From: Acidobacteriota bacterium
GTDB taxonomy: Bacteria > Acidobacteriota > UBA6911 > RPQK01 > JAJDTT01
NCBI GenBank assembly: GCA_965263035.1
Contig: OZ253580.1
Span: 5,760,001 to 5,824,000 of the forward strand
Direction of reading: 5' to 3'
DNA length: 64,000 nucleotides
The translations under genes were made by a program, and so were the position numbers. Under the pieces are notes generated by a model. It searched no databases, was not told the DNA's origin, and worked only from the letters and a program-made list of their open reading frames with translations. Below are positions 18,688 through 28,822 of this stretch, in pieces (position 1 is the stretch's first letter; each line of letters begins with the position of its first letter).

Positions 18688-20115
18688 ATGGAAGAGTTCC
18701 AGCCCTCCTGGTGGCTGATCGTAAGTTACCTCCTCTTGATGTTCGGGATCGGCATCTGGGCCGCGCGGACCCGGGTCGGCCGGATGGAGGACATGGCCGT
18801 CGCCGGCCGCAGCTCAGGTCCCTGGCTGATCGCGTTCTCCGTGGCCGCGACCTGGATCAACGGGACCACCCTGATCGGGATCTCGGGCATAGCCAAAGAC
18901 TTTGGGTTGAGCGCGTACTGGACGGGGGGGTCATTCGTTCTGGCCACCATCTGGATGTCCTACTACGTGGTCCCGCGTCTTCGGGCCACCCGGATCATCA
19001 CCGTTCCTCAGCTCTTCGAACGCTTCTACGGCCCCCGGCATCGGATCGTGTCCCTGGCCCTCATCATCCTTCGGGATCTGGGGGCCACCGCGGGAGTCAT
19101 GGGATCCCTGGCCGTCGTCACTTCCAGCATCCTGAACATCTCACTCCTGCAATCCTTGGCACTCGTCGGAGCCTTGACCTTGGTCTACGTGTTCCTGGGC
19201 GGGATGTGGGCCATCCTGGTGACCGATGCCATCCAGTTCTTCATCGTTTCCATAGGATCCGTAGCGCTCGTGGTGTTCGGGTTCCTGGGCTCTGGAGGGT
19301 TCTCCGTCCTGCGATCCATCGAGGACCCGGACTTTTTAGGCACTTTCGGCACCGGCGGCCCCATTCAGGTCATCGCCTGGGTCGTGATCGGGATTTCCGT
19401 CACCTTCGGCTACCAGAGCGTGATTCAGCGAGGGCTGGCGGCCTCCAGTACGGCGGCTGCCCACAAGGGGTTCCTCTATGGAGGAATCATTTCCACGATC
19501 TGGTACATGGTTCCGCCGCTGATCGGCGTCTTGGGGCGAGCCCTCTACGGAGCGGACATCTCCGGGGACGACGTATTCCTCACATTGACCTTCGGCGTAG
19601 CCGGGGGGCAGTTGGGCAGCATCATCATCGTCGGGATTCTGGCCGCCAGCATGTCCACTCTCGATTCCACCATCAACACCATCGCCTCCAACTTCACCAT
19701 CGACATCTACAATCGTTTCCTGAACCCGAATGCCAGTCCCAGGACTCAGCTCTGGATTTATCGCCTGAACGTCATTCTGGTCGGCGTACTGGCCGCCGCC
19801 ATCTACTACGTCTTCCCCTTGATGATCGAGCTGTTCTGGCTGGGCGGACGGATCATGGGGGCTTCGGTCGCGCCCGTGGTGGCGGCGATGGTCCTCTTTC
19901 CGGCGGTCAGGCGGGCCCCCAGGACCGTGTTAGCCTCCATGCTGACGGGGGCCAGCGTGATCATTCTCTACCAGATCCTGGGAGGGGTTCAGGAGGTCGG
20001 CTCCATCGTGGTCGTCTGGACCATCGATCCCATTCTGATTGGACTGCCGATCACGGTCGCCCTGCTGGTGATAGGCACTTGGTGGGAGACGCAGGGCCCC
20101 ACCGCGTCCGATTGA
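18688..20115 (+). CDS. Sodium:solute symporter family protein
   Basis: About 13 TM helices; AGRS, SVAATW, VTDAIQF and ILAASMSTLDS motifs. Confidence 0.93.
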   Translation: MEEFQPSWWLIVSYLLLMFGIGIWAARTRVGRMEDMAVAGRSSGPWLIAFSVAATWINGTTLIGISGIAKDFGLSAYWTGGSFVLATIWMSYYVVPRLRATRIITVPQLFERFYGPRHRIVSLALIILRDLGATAGVMGSLAVVTSSILNISLLQSLALVGALTLVYVFLGGMWAILVTDAIQFFIVSIGSVALVVFGFLGSGGFSVLRSIEDPDFLGTFGTGGPIQVIAWVVIGISVTFGYQSVIQRGLAASSTAAAHKGFLYGGIISTIWYMVPPLIGVLGRALYGADISGDDVFLTLTFGVAGGQLGSIIIVGILAASMSTLDSTINTIASNFTIDIYNRFLNPNASPRTQLWIYRLNVILVGVLAAAIYYVFPLMIELFWLGGRIMGASVAPVVAAMVLFPAVRRAPRTVLASMLTGASVIILYQILGGVQEVGSIVVVWTIDPILIGLPITVALLVIGTWWETQGPTASD

Positions 20116-20191
20116 GCTGAACCCGTCAAAGCCGTAAGACAACGGAAGAGTCCGGGTCTGGATTCAGCCTCAAGAGCAACGGAAATCACTG

Positions 20192-21445
20192 GTGACCGCC
20201 ACGGCCAAGTTTCTTGTTCTTGCGATGCTGTGGTGGATGATGACGCCTGGAGCGTCGTCGTGGGCACAGCAGGCCACTGGCGGCAAGCCCGGTCCAATGC
20301 TCGACGCCGAAATGCAGGTGGTCGCCGAGTCGCCCGATCCGGGGAGGCTGTTCGTTTACGAACCGGCACTGGTGAAGCTTCCCGGCGGCGGGCTGTTGGT
20401 GACCTTTGAGTACACACTGATTGACGCGAACGCCGAGGTCCCTCACCGGTTTCGCCTGGCCGTCAGTGAGGATGCCGGTCGTACCTGGCGGCAGCTTCCT
20501 CCGCTCGATCTGCACTCCGCGCAGCCGTTCGTGCATGAGGGCGAATTGTATCTTCTTGGAAACGTGGCCATCCGCCGCAACATCGTGATCCTGCGTTCCG
20601 ACGACGAAGGACGATCCTGGACAGGGCCGGTCACGTTGTTCGAGGGAAGCTATTGGAACGCGCCCACCGGAGTTCTGATCAAGGATGGGCGTCTCTACCG
20701 GTCCTTCAACCTGCACGAGAACGCCGACGGCACGCCAAATCTGCGAAATTATCGGGGGTGCGTAGTCATCGCCGCAGACCTCTCCCGGAATCTCCTGGAC
20801 CCGGCCGCCTGGAGAATGTCCAATCGTCTGGACTACCCGGGGACCCCGCGGCTGTTGACCCGCGTGCCGGTTTCCGGAAGACGCGCGGACCACTGGCTGG
20901 AATCCAATCTGGTGGAGGTGAGGAGTGAGATTCTAGGTTTCCATCGGCTCCGCATTCCCGGCGGAGCAGCTCATGGTCTGACGCATCAATCAACCGCCGG
21001 ACTGGCAGCGGTCACCAACCTTACGGATGATGGGAAGACCTTGAAACACACCTTCGGGCAGTTCTTTCCGATACCTGGGGCGCAGAACAAGTTTCACATG
21101 GTCCGCGACAAACCTTCCGGGTTGTTTTGGATGGCGGGCAACATCCCCGTCGACTCGCTGGGGCGCCCCCCGGGCGGCGATGATCGGCGGATCCTGATCC
21201 TGATGTACAGTGTCGATGCCCACAACTGGTTCCAGGCCGGCTGTGTGGCGATGAGCAAGAAGCCTCGCGAAGCCTACAACTACGCGTCGCTGCTGCCGGA
21301 TGGTGATGACCTGCTGCTGGCGGTGCGGACGGCGCTGGGAGGCCGGCATTCGCAGGCCAAGAGTACGCACATCACGTTTCACCGGGTGCGGGGCTTCCGC
21401 TCGCTCGCCCTTGATCTTCCCGGCCGCCGCGAGGCCGGTGATTGA
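20192..21445 (+). CDS. Sialidase-like BNR/Asp-box beta-propeller protein, secreted
   Basis: SEDAGRTW and SDDEGRSW Asp-boxes; signal peptide. Confidence 0.8.
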   Translation: MTATAKFLVLAMLWWMMTPGASSWAQQATGGKPGPMLDAEMQVVAESPDPGRLFVYEPALVKLPGGGLLVTFEYTLIDANAEVPHRFRLAVSEDAGRTWRQLPPLDLHSAQPFVHEGELYLLGNVAIRRNIVILRSDDEGRSWTGPVTLFEGSYWNAPTGVLIKDGRLYRSFNLHENADGTPNLRNYRGCVVIAADLSRNLLDPAAWRMSNRLDYPGTPRLLTRVPVSGRRADHWLESNLVEVRSEILGFHRLRIPGGAAHGLTHQSTAGLAAVTNLTDDGKTLKHTFGQFFPIPGAQNKFHMVRDKPSGLFWMAGNIPVDSLGRPPGGDDRRILILMYSVDAHNWFQAGCVAMSKKPREAYNYASLLPDGDDLLLAVRTALGGRHSQAKSTHITFHRVRGFRSLALDLPGRREAGD

Positions 21446-21575
21446 CACCTGCTCAACGGAGCTCAGGCGCCTCTCCCCGGACCTACGACATCTGGCCGGG
21501 GCCAAAAGTGTGCAATTTTCGATGGCCATTGACACGGGAAAGGCCCAAGATTCAATGACCTGAGGAGGATCTCCA

Positions 21576-23426
21576 ATGATCGTACGCTTGAGGACACGGG
21601 TTGCAGTTCTTTCCGTCGTGGGCTTTCTGGCGGCAGGAGTCGGGTTTTCAGCAGCCTCCTCTTCGATTGTGGAAGATCCACCGATCCTTCTTCCCGACGG
21701 GACGGAATTTCAGACCTGGGAGGACGGGACAGAGTACCGGCGGGTCTACTATGTGGATCAGGACCACCCTGCGGCCGCGGACGAAAACCCGGGCACGGAA
21801 GAGGCTCCGTTTCTGACGATTCAACGTGCGGCGGAGGTCGTCCAGCCCGCCGAAAAGGTCTTGATCAAATCGGGCATCTACCGGGAGTGGGTCCGGCCTC
21901 GACGAGGGGGCACGGGCCTCGACGGGATGATCAGTTTCGAGGCGGCGCCGGGCGCAGAGGCCGTCATCAGTGGGTCCGACGTCCTGAAGGCCAGGTGGAC
22001 CAATTCGGGCCGGTCGAGATCTGCGAACGTCTGGAAGGCGGATCTGCCCGTCGAGTTCTTGGGTGACGGTCACCCGTTTGCAACCATCAACACCTCCGAC
22101 GATGACTTTGCGGTCATGCGCTGGGCCAGGGCGGAGCAGGGACGGCTCCCGCACACCCTGCCGCGAGCCATGGTGTTCCAGGACGGGCGGCGACTGACCC
22201 AGTTGGCCCGGATCGATGAGCTGCACCGGGTCGCCGGCACCGTCTGGATCGATCGGGAGAACCGGCAACTGCACCTCAACCCGTTCGACCGCAGGAACCC
22301 GAATAACGTGCGGATCGAGGTGACCACGCGACAGTTCCTGTTCAACCCCGTGGTGAAGGGGATGGGATACATCCGGATCAAGGGGCTCACGTTCGAGCAT
22401 GCCGGCAACGGTTTCATCCGCTCCGGAAACGGCGCCGTCACGACCTGGGGTGGTCACCATTGGATCATCGAGGACAACACGGTCCGGCACATCAACGCGG
22501 TGGGTATCGAGATCGGCGCGTTCACCGAAGAGGGTCCCAACGCGGGGAACCGGAACGAGCTGGCGATGACCACCGGCGACCATCTGGTACGCCGCAACCA
22601 TGTGTACGATTGCGGCACCGGCGGCATTCAGGGAACCGTCGTCTCCCGGAGTCTGGTTTCCGACAATCACATCCATGATTGCGGTTGGCAGGATGTCGAG
22701 CGCTACTGGGAGGTGGCAGGCATCAAGCTCCTGATCATGCTGAATTCTGTAGTCACGCGTAATCACGTTCACGATTGCTATGCTTCGGCGGGAATCTGGA
22801 TCGATTTCGCGAACCGGAACACGCGGGTCACCCGGAACCTGATTCACGACATCTCGAGTTACGCCGGGGCCCTCTTCTTCGAAGCCTCGAATGTCCTCAA
22901 CCTGATCGACCACAATGTCGTGTACAACGTCCAGGGTTCCGGATTCTACCTGCACGACTCCGATCGGCTCCTGGTGGCTCACAACCTGCTGGTGAACTGC
23001 GCTCCCTACGGGATCCGCATGACGAAGACCAAGACCCGGGACCGGGTGGGCGTTTCCAAACACAACCGCGTGATCAACAACGTCGTCGCGCAGTGTCCGG
23101 TCCCATTTGAATACGCCAATACGGAGAACGTCTCGGATTACAACATCGTCTCCGGCGCGGGGAAGGACTTCAGTCTGGCCAAGTGGCAGTCGACCGGACT
23201 GGACACCCACAGCCGAACGGCGAAGCTCGACATTACGATCGGTCCCGAGGACGGAATCCTGTCCTGGTCGGCTCGGACAGACGATGTCCTGACCGTGATC
23301 CGAGACGAGCGGATGGGCTTTGACTACTTCGGCCGCACGTATCCTGAAGACGTGATTGCGGTGGGACCCTTCATCGAAGGGTGGAGTCAGGCGCACCGAC
23401 AGCTGCGGCTCATTCCGAAACCATAA
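21576..23426 (+). CDS. Right-handed parallel beta-helix protein (DUF1565-like, pectin-lyase fold), secreted
   Basis: YYVDQ..DENPGTEEAPFLTIQRAA, GIYRE and N(H/L)IHD repeats. Confidence 0.85.
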   Translation: MIVRLRTRVAVLSVVGFLAAGVGFSAASSSIVEDPPILLPDGTEFQTWEDGTEYRRVYYVDQDHPAAADENPGTEEAPFLTIQRAAEVVQPAEKVLIKSGIYREWVRPRRGGTGLDGMISFEAAPGAEAVISGSDVLKARWTNSGRSRSANVWKADLPVEFLGDGHPFATINTSDDDFAVMRWARAEQGRLPHTLPRAMVFQDGRRLTQLARIDELHRVAGTVWIDRENRQLHLNPFDRRNPNNVRIEVTTRQFLFNPVVKGMGYIRIKGLTFEHAGNGFIRSGNGAVTTWGGHHWIIEDNTVRHINAVGIEIGAFTEEGPNAGNRNELAMTTGDHLVRRNHVYDCGTGGIQGTVVSRSLVSDNHIHDCGWQDVERYWEVAGIKLLIMLNSVVTRNHVHDCYASAGIWIDFANRNTRVTRNLIHDISSYAGALFFEASNVLNLIDHNVVYNVQGSGFYLHDSDRLLVAHNLLVNCAPYGIRMTKTKTRDRVGVSKHNRVINNVVAQCPVPFEYANTENVSDYNIVSGAGKDFSLAKWQSTGLDTHSRTAKLDITIGPEDGILSWSARTDDVLTVIRDERMGFDYFGRTYPEDVIAVGPFIEGWSQAHRQLRLIPKP

Positions 23427-23443
23427 GAGCCGGGCCGGCGCGA

Positions 23444-25222
23444 TCAGCCACGGGGCTCGGGGGTCCCGGAGAGACGGGTCCGCTCTGCCCGGGTGGCCTG
23501 GAGATCCACTGCCTTTCCCGACGCGTCCAGGACAACGCCGTAGGCGTCCCGGGCTCTATCCGGCGTCACCTTGCCTTGGTTCACGTCTTGCAGCACCCGC
23601 TCGGGGTCCCGCTCCAGGGCAGACCCGTAGCCTCCTCCTCCCGGCGTCCGGTAGCTGATGACGGAATCAGGCTGGAGGTGCAACGTCACCTTGGAAGGGA
23701 GTTCTTTCGCTTCTCCGTCCGGATTGAGAATGTATTTGGAGCTGGCTCCGCTCCCTCCTCCGAACAACCCCCAGGGCGCAAACTTCCGATTGTCGGAAAA
23801 GATGGTGAGCGTGGCCTTGTGGCCGGGGAATTTCCAGTCCCGCCTCAGACCCAATCCGCCCCGGTAGCGCCCGGCCCCTTCCGAGTCCGGAATCAGCTCG
23901 TACCGCGTGATCAGGAAGGGCAGGTTGTTCTCCGTCTCCTCGATGGCCGAGTTCTCCGTATTCTGGATGTGAGACTGGACGGCGTCCATTCCATCCTTGG
24001 TCGGAAGGCCTCCCCAGCCGCCGGCCATGGTCTCGATGAAGGTGTAGTACTCACCGGTGCGGGGATCGGTTCCTCCACAGGCCATGTGACAGTTGATGCT
24101 CTTGGTGCTGGCCATGACCTTGTCCGGCATCGCGTCCGAAAGGGCCCGGAAACCCAGGCAGCAAAGGCGCATGACCACTTCCCAGCCCCCGACGACACCC
24201 ACTGGAGGAACCGCGTTCACGACGGTTCCCAGAGGCGCCTTGACGTCGATGAGCCGGTAGAAACCCTCGTTGGTGGGGATATCGGAATCGATCAGGCACT
24301 TGACCACATAGGCCAGAGGCGAATAGGTCTGAGTCAGGGTGGCGTTCATGGGGGAACTCCGCTGAGGGTCGGTTCCGGTGAGGTCGAACGAGACCCGCCC
24401 CTCCTTGATCTCCACCTTCAGCACCAGTCGAATCGGGCGATCCGACACCCCGTCATCGTCCAGCAGGGCCTCCGCTTCGTAGACTCCGTCCGGCAGTTTC
24501 GAGATCTCGGCGCGGGCCCAGCGCTCGGTGTATTCGATCAATTCGTCGACGAAGATCTCCACGGAATCCGCCCCGAACCTGTTGAGAATCTCCGCCATCC
24601 GTTTCTGTCCCAGCAACGAGGCGGCGATCTGAGCTCGAAAATCTCCCGTGGACTGGCGGGGCGACCGGATGTTGGCCAGGATGAGACGGAAGACGTCGTC
24701 GACGATCTCGCCTTCGGAGACCAGTTTGGCAGGCGGGATGATGATTCCCTCCTGGTAGAACTCCGTGGAAATGCAGTAGCCGCCCGGCGCGTAGCCGCCG
24801 ATGTCGACGTGATGCGCAATGGTGGCCGCGTATCCCTGGATCTTCCCGCCGCTGAAGAAGGGCGCCATGATGGCCACGTCATTGAGGTGGACTCCGCCCC
24901 GGTAGGGGTGGTTCATCACCAGTGCGTCGCCCGGATGGAGCTTCTCGATCCCGTATTGCCGGACCGTGTTGGGAATCATTCTGGACATGGAGGCCAGATG
25001 CACCGGCTGGGAGAAGGACTGGGCGATGATGCGGAGTTTGGAATCGAACAGGGCACAGGAGAAGTCGGATCGGGTCTTGATGTTGGTCGAGTAGGCCGCC
25101 TTTCTCAGGGCCGCTCCCATCTCGTCGGCGGCGGCTTCGAAGGCGCTGCGCATCACTTCGAACCGGATGGGGTCCATGTTCAGCGCCGCGGTCGTCTTCT
25201 CGGTCCCTTTGATCTCGCTCAT
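23444..25222 (-). CDS. Hydantoinase B / 5-oxoprolinase beta subunit
   Basis: DFSCALFD, PVHLASM, NHPYRGGVHLND, GAGRYRGGLG and TPGGGGYG motifs; ATGA overlap with the A subunit. Confidence 0.93.
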   Translation of the reverse strand: MSEIKGTEKTTAALNMDPIRFEVMRSAFEAAADEMGAALRKAAYSTNIKTRSDFSCALFDSKLRIIAQSFSQPVHLASMSRMIPNTVRQYGIEKLHPGDALVMNHPYRGGVHLNDVAIMAPFFSGGKIQGYAATIAHHVDIGGYAPGGYCISTEFYQEGIIIPPAKLVSEGEIVDDVFRLILANIRSPRQSTGDFRAQIAASLLGQKRMAEILNRFGADSVEIFVDELIEYTERWARAEISKLPDGVYEAEALLDDDGVSDRPIRLVLKVEIKEGRVSFDLTGTDPQRSSPMNATLTQTYSPLAYVVKCLIDSDIPTNEGFYRLIDVKAPLGTVVNAVPPVGVVGGWEVVMRLCCLGFRALSDAMPDKVMASTKSINCHMACGGTDPRTGEYYTFIETMAGGWGGLPTKDGMDAVQSHIQNTENSAIEETENNLPFLITRYELIPDSEGAGRYRGGLGLRRDWKFPGHKATLTIFSDNRKFAPWGLFGGGSGASSKYILNPDGEAKELPSKVTLHLQPDSVISYRTPGGGGYGSALERDPERVLQDVNQGKVTPDRARDAYGVVLDASGKAVDLQATRAERTRLSGTPEPRG

Positions 25223-27309
25223 ACTGCGGTTTCCTGAATCAGAATGTTTCCATGGAGGTCCACGTCTGCCCGGTAGTCCGGATGGAGGACGATCGTTGAA
25301 TCGACTTCCTCGACGATGGCGGGCCCCGTGATGCGGTCTCCCGACTTGAGCCGATACCGGTTGTACACTTTGCACGGAACCGAGTCACCGCATTCGGCGA
25401 AGTAGACGGGACGCTCGTTCTTGACGGCATCGCCGGCGTCCCCCGTCCCCGTTTCGAGCCGGCGCAAGCGAGGTTGCCTGATCCCCCCGATGGCGGTCAG
25501 CCTCAAGGCGACCGATTCCGTCGGTTCGGTGTCATCGGCATAGCCGTAAGCCCGCTCGTGCTCCCTGTAGAACGCCGCGTTCACGAAATCCTTGTCGTCC
25601 TCGGTCAGATCGCGGGTCGGAATCTCGATCTTCAACTCGTACCCCTGACCCACATATCTCATGTCCAGATAATGGGCAAATGTGATGTCTTCCTCGGAAA
25701 TCCCTTCGGAAAACAGAACTTCCTTGCCACGTTCGGCCAATTCGGAGAAGGATCGGTTGAGGAGTTCGAGATCGAGTGAAGCGACCTGCTGATGGAAAGT
25801 CCGGACGTAATCGTGCTTGATGTCGCTCACCAGCAATCCCAGGGCGGACGTCACTCCGGGGCTCATGGGAATGAGCACTTTGGGAATCCCCAATTCCCGG
25901 GCCAAGCCGTTGGCGTGCATGGGGCCGGCGCCTCCGAAGGCGACCAGCACGAAGTCCCGGGGATCGAAGCCTCTCTGCACCGAAATGGTGCGGACGGCGC
26001 CGATCATGTTGGCGTTGGCGATTTCGATGATCCCATTGGCCGTCTCCACCACGCCCAACCCCAACCGGCCGTCCAGTTTCCCGACCGCCGCTTCCGCCAA
26101 CTCCGGGTCGAGCTTCTGCTCGCCCCCGATGAAATAGTCCGGGTTGAGACGTCCGAGCACCAGATTCGCGTCGGTGATGCAGGGCTCCTCCTGGCCCTTT
26201 CCGTAACAGGCCGGGCCCGGATCCGCCCCGCCGCTTCGAGGACCGACCCTCAACGCGCCGCCGGGATCGATCCAGGCGATGCTGCCGCCGCCGGCGCCGA
26301 TCTCCACCAGATCGACGACGGGAGTCCTGACCGGGTAGCCGGCTCCCTTGCTCTCCGCCACGGCGGCGCTGCCGACTTCGAAATGCGGCGCGATCTTGAC
26401 CGTTCCTCCCTCCACCAGGCCGACCTTGGCGGTGGTGCCCCCCATGTCGAAACTGATGACGTCCCGGGTTCCCACCAGGTCTCCCAGGTAACGCGTTGCG
26501 ATGACGCCCGCCGCCGGTCCCGATTCGATCAGATGCACCGGTTCCCGCTTGGCCAGATCGGAGGCCATGACCCCACCCGCCGAGGTCATCAAGTGCAATC
26601 CCACACCGACTCCCAGACGGGTCAACCGGTTCTCCAGGTTCTCAAGGTAGCGGGTCACGATCGGCATCACCACGGCGTTGATGGCGGTGGTGCTGGCGCG
26701 AAAGTACTCCCTCATTTCCGGGCAGAGGTCGGAGGAGATGGACAGAAACACTCCCGGCATTTCCTCCCGGAGCAGGTCGCGCACCCGTTTCTCGTGCGAC
26801 GGGTTGACGTACGAATGGAGCAGGCAGACCGCTACCGATTCGACGGCGGCCTCCTTCATCCGGCGGGCGATGTCCCGGACGGCCTCATCATCCAGAGGGG
26901 CAAGGGTCTGACCGGCATAGTCGAGGCGCTCCGGAACCCCGTAGCATCGATTCCGGGGAATCACCGGCTTCGGTTTCTCGCAGAAAATGTCGTAGAGCTT
27001 GGGCCGGATCTGGCGGGCGATTTCCAGGACGTCCCGGAATCCCTCCGTGGCCACCAGAGCCGCGCGGGCTCCCTTTCCCTCGATGAGGGTATTGGTCGCC
27101 ACCGTCGTTCCATGGACGTTGTAGGAGATGTCCGCGGCGGCCACCTTGGATTCTCTCAAGGCGCGTTCCACCGTGTTCAGAAATCCGACCGAGGGATCGA
27201 TGGGAGTGCTGGCCATTTTCACCAGCCGCAGCTCTCCGCTGGACTCGTCCATCATGACCAGGTCCGTGAACGTTCCCCCGATGTCCACTCCAATTCGATA
27301 GCTGTTCAT
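25219..27309 (-). CDS. Hydantoinase A / 5-oxoprolinase alpha subunit
   Basis: GVDIGGTFTD, HGTTVATN, SGPAAG, DMGGTT and GADPGPACYG motifs. Confidence 0.95.
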   Translation of the reverse strand: MNSYRIGVDIGGTFTDLVMMDESSGELRLVKMASTPIDPSVGFLNTVERALRESKVAAADISYNVHGTTVATNTLIEGKGARAALVATEGFRDVLEIARQIRPKLYDIFCEKPKPVIPRNRCYGVPERLDYAGQTLAPLDDEAVRDIARRMKEAAVESVAVCLLHSYVNPSHEKRVRDLLREEMPGVFLSISSDLCPEMREYFRASTTAINAVVMPIVTRYLENLENRLTRLGVGVGLHLMTSAGGVMASDLAKREPVHLIESGPAAGVIATRYLGDLVGTRDVISFDMGGTTAKVGLVEGGTVKIAPHFEVGSAAVAESKGAGYPVRTPVVDLVEIGAGGGSIAWIDPGGALRVGPRSGGADPGPACYGKGQEEPCITDANLVLGRLNPDYFIGGEQKLDPELAEAAVGKLDGRLGLGVVETANGIIEIANANMIGAVRTISVQRGFDPRDFVLVAFGGAGPMHANGLARELGIPKVLIPMSPGVTSALGLLVSDIKHDYVRTFHQQVASLDLELLNRSFSELAERGKEVLFSEGISEEDITFAHYLDMRYVGQGYELKIEIPTRDLTEDDKDFVNAAFYREHERAYGYADDTEPTESVALRLTAIGGIRQPRLRRLETGTGDAGDAVKNERPVYFAECGDSVPCKVYNRYRLKSGDRITGPAIVEEVDSTIVLHPDYRADVDLHGNILIQETAV

Positions 27310-27489
27310 ATTCCTGAGTACTCCGGCATACCCTGAAAATCGCCCGGTGCCGGTGTCTGTCCCGGTTCCTTCGCTGCCAGCCGTACGATACCGCAATCAT
27401 CCGTCCCGATCCCGCCATTCTCGGTTTCCGGCTTTGCGTTTCGACGTCAGAACTCTCCCTCATGGCGCCCTGCCACGCAACTCGAAATC

Positions 27490-27519
27490 TTGTCATCGGC
27501 TGGATCCGTTCCCTACAAT
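27490..27519 (+). promoter_or_regulatory. Putative sigma70 promoter
   Basis: TTGTCA-18 bp-TACAAT upstream of the TPR gene. Confidence 0.4.
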
Positions 27520-27535
27520 CTACTGGATTTTCGCC

Positions 27536-28822
27536 ATGGCGCCGGGAAGGAGGAATCTCACGAAAAGGCAGAACCGTCAGCAATCTGCTGAAAGGCGGAT
27601 CGATGGTACCTGGCCGCCGCGATTCACCCCATTCACCTGCTCGTTTTTTCTGTGGATAACGATCTGGGCCGCCCCAGCACCGATCCACGGTCAGGGGGAA
27701 ATCCGGGGCCTGATCGAGACCGGCCGACTCTTGGAAGCCGCGCAGCTGGTTCAGCAGAAACTGGGAGAAAACCCATCCAGCCCCGACTGGCTCTACTGGA
27801 AAGCGGCCGTCGCCCTCTTTGGGGGAGACACGAGCGAGGCGGAGAGGACGCTGCAGCAGGTGGTCCGGACCCAAGCCGCGTCAGCGCCGCACTTCTTGTT
27901 GCTCGGAGAGATCTACGACCGAAAGCAGCAGTGGAAGAAAGCCGCCGGAGCGTACCGGCGTGCGCTGGTGTTTCCACACGGCTCCGACCTTCTGATCCGA
28001 TTGGCGCGATCCGAGTTTCGCGCCGGGAATCCCGTGGCCGTCATCGAGACGCTCCGGCCCCTTGCGGAATCACCCGAGGCCACCGGGGAGGTGCACTTTC
28101 TGCTGGCGCTCTCTCATGGTCGCCGGGGAGACGTGGAACTGTCCGTCGAGCACCTGTCGAAGGCGGTCGAAAGGCAACCGGGCATCTCCACCTATCATTT
28201 TCAGTATGCTCTCGCCCTGGCCGAGAGCGGAAAGCTGAAGAGCGCCGTCAAGGAGCTCCGCAGAACCCTCGAACTGGAGCCAAATCAGGCCATGGCCCAT
28301 TTCTACCTGGGTCAGATGCTGCACAATATGAATCGTCGCGACGACGCCCTGGCGGCACTCGAGCGGGCAGAGCGTCTGGAGCCCCGGATTCCTCAGCTGG
28401 CCTTCAGTCTCGGACTTCTCTACAAACTCCAAGGCGACTATGACAAGGCAATCATGAAGCTTGAGGCCGAGATCGCCGCCGGCACCAATCATCCTCCGGC
28501 TCACTTCCATTTGGCGGAGATTCTCTTTCGGAGAAACGAGACTCGCCGGAGCGAGGAATTGATCAAACGGGCGATCGCACTTCTACCGGGGATGGCCGAC
28601 TACCACCTGCTGGCGACGGAGATCGCTCTCTCGGCCGACCGTTTGGAAGAAGCAGAAAAGCAGGTGCAGGCAGCCATCGGTTCCGACCCCAACTCCGGCC
28701 AGGCCCATTACCTCCGGGGCAGAGTCCTGCAGGCGATGGGTAGGCATCAAGAAGCCGGAAGCGCCTTCGAGCGTTCACGCCGGCTGATGGACGGACGGAG
28801 GGAAGGCTCTCCGGCACCATGA
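27536..28822 (+). CDS. Tetratricopeptide repeat protein
   Basis: Multiple TPRs (e.g. AHFYLGQMLHNMNRRDDALAALERA). Start is uncertain. Confidence 0.85.
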   Translation: MAPGRRNLTKRQNRQQSAERRIDGTWPPRFTPFTCSFFLWITIWAAPAPIHGQGEIRGLIETGRLLEAAQLVQQKLGENPSSPDWLYWKAAVALFGGDTSEAERTLQQVVRTQAASAPHFLLLGEIYDRKQQWKKAAGAYRRALVFPHGSDLLIRLARSEFRAGNPVAVIETLRPLAESPEATGEVHFLLALSHGRRGDVELSVEHLSKAVERQPGISTYHFQYALALAESGKLKSAVKELRRTLELEPNQAMAHFYLGQMLHNMNRRDDALAALERAERLEPRIPQLAFSLGLLYKLQGDYDKAIMKLEAEIAAGTNHPPAHFHLAEILFRRNETRRSEELIKRAIALLPGMADYHLLATEIALSADRLEEAEKQVQAAIGSDPNSGQAHYLRGRVLQAMGRHQEAGSAFERSRRLMDGRREGSPAP

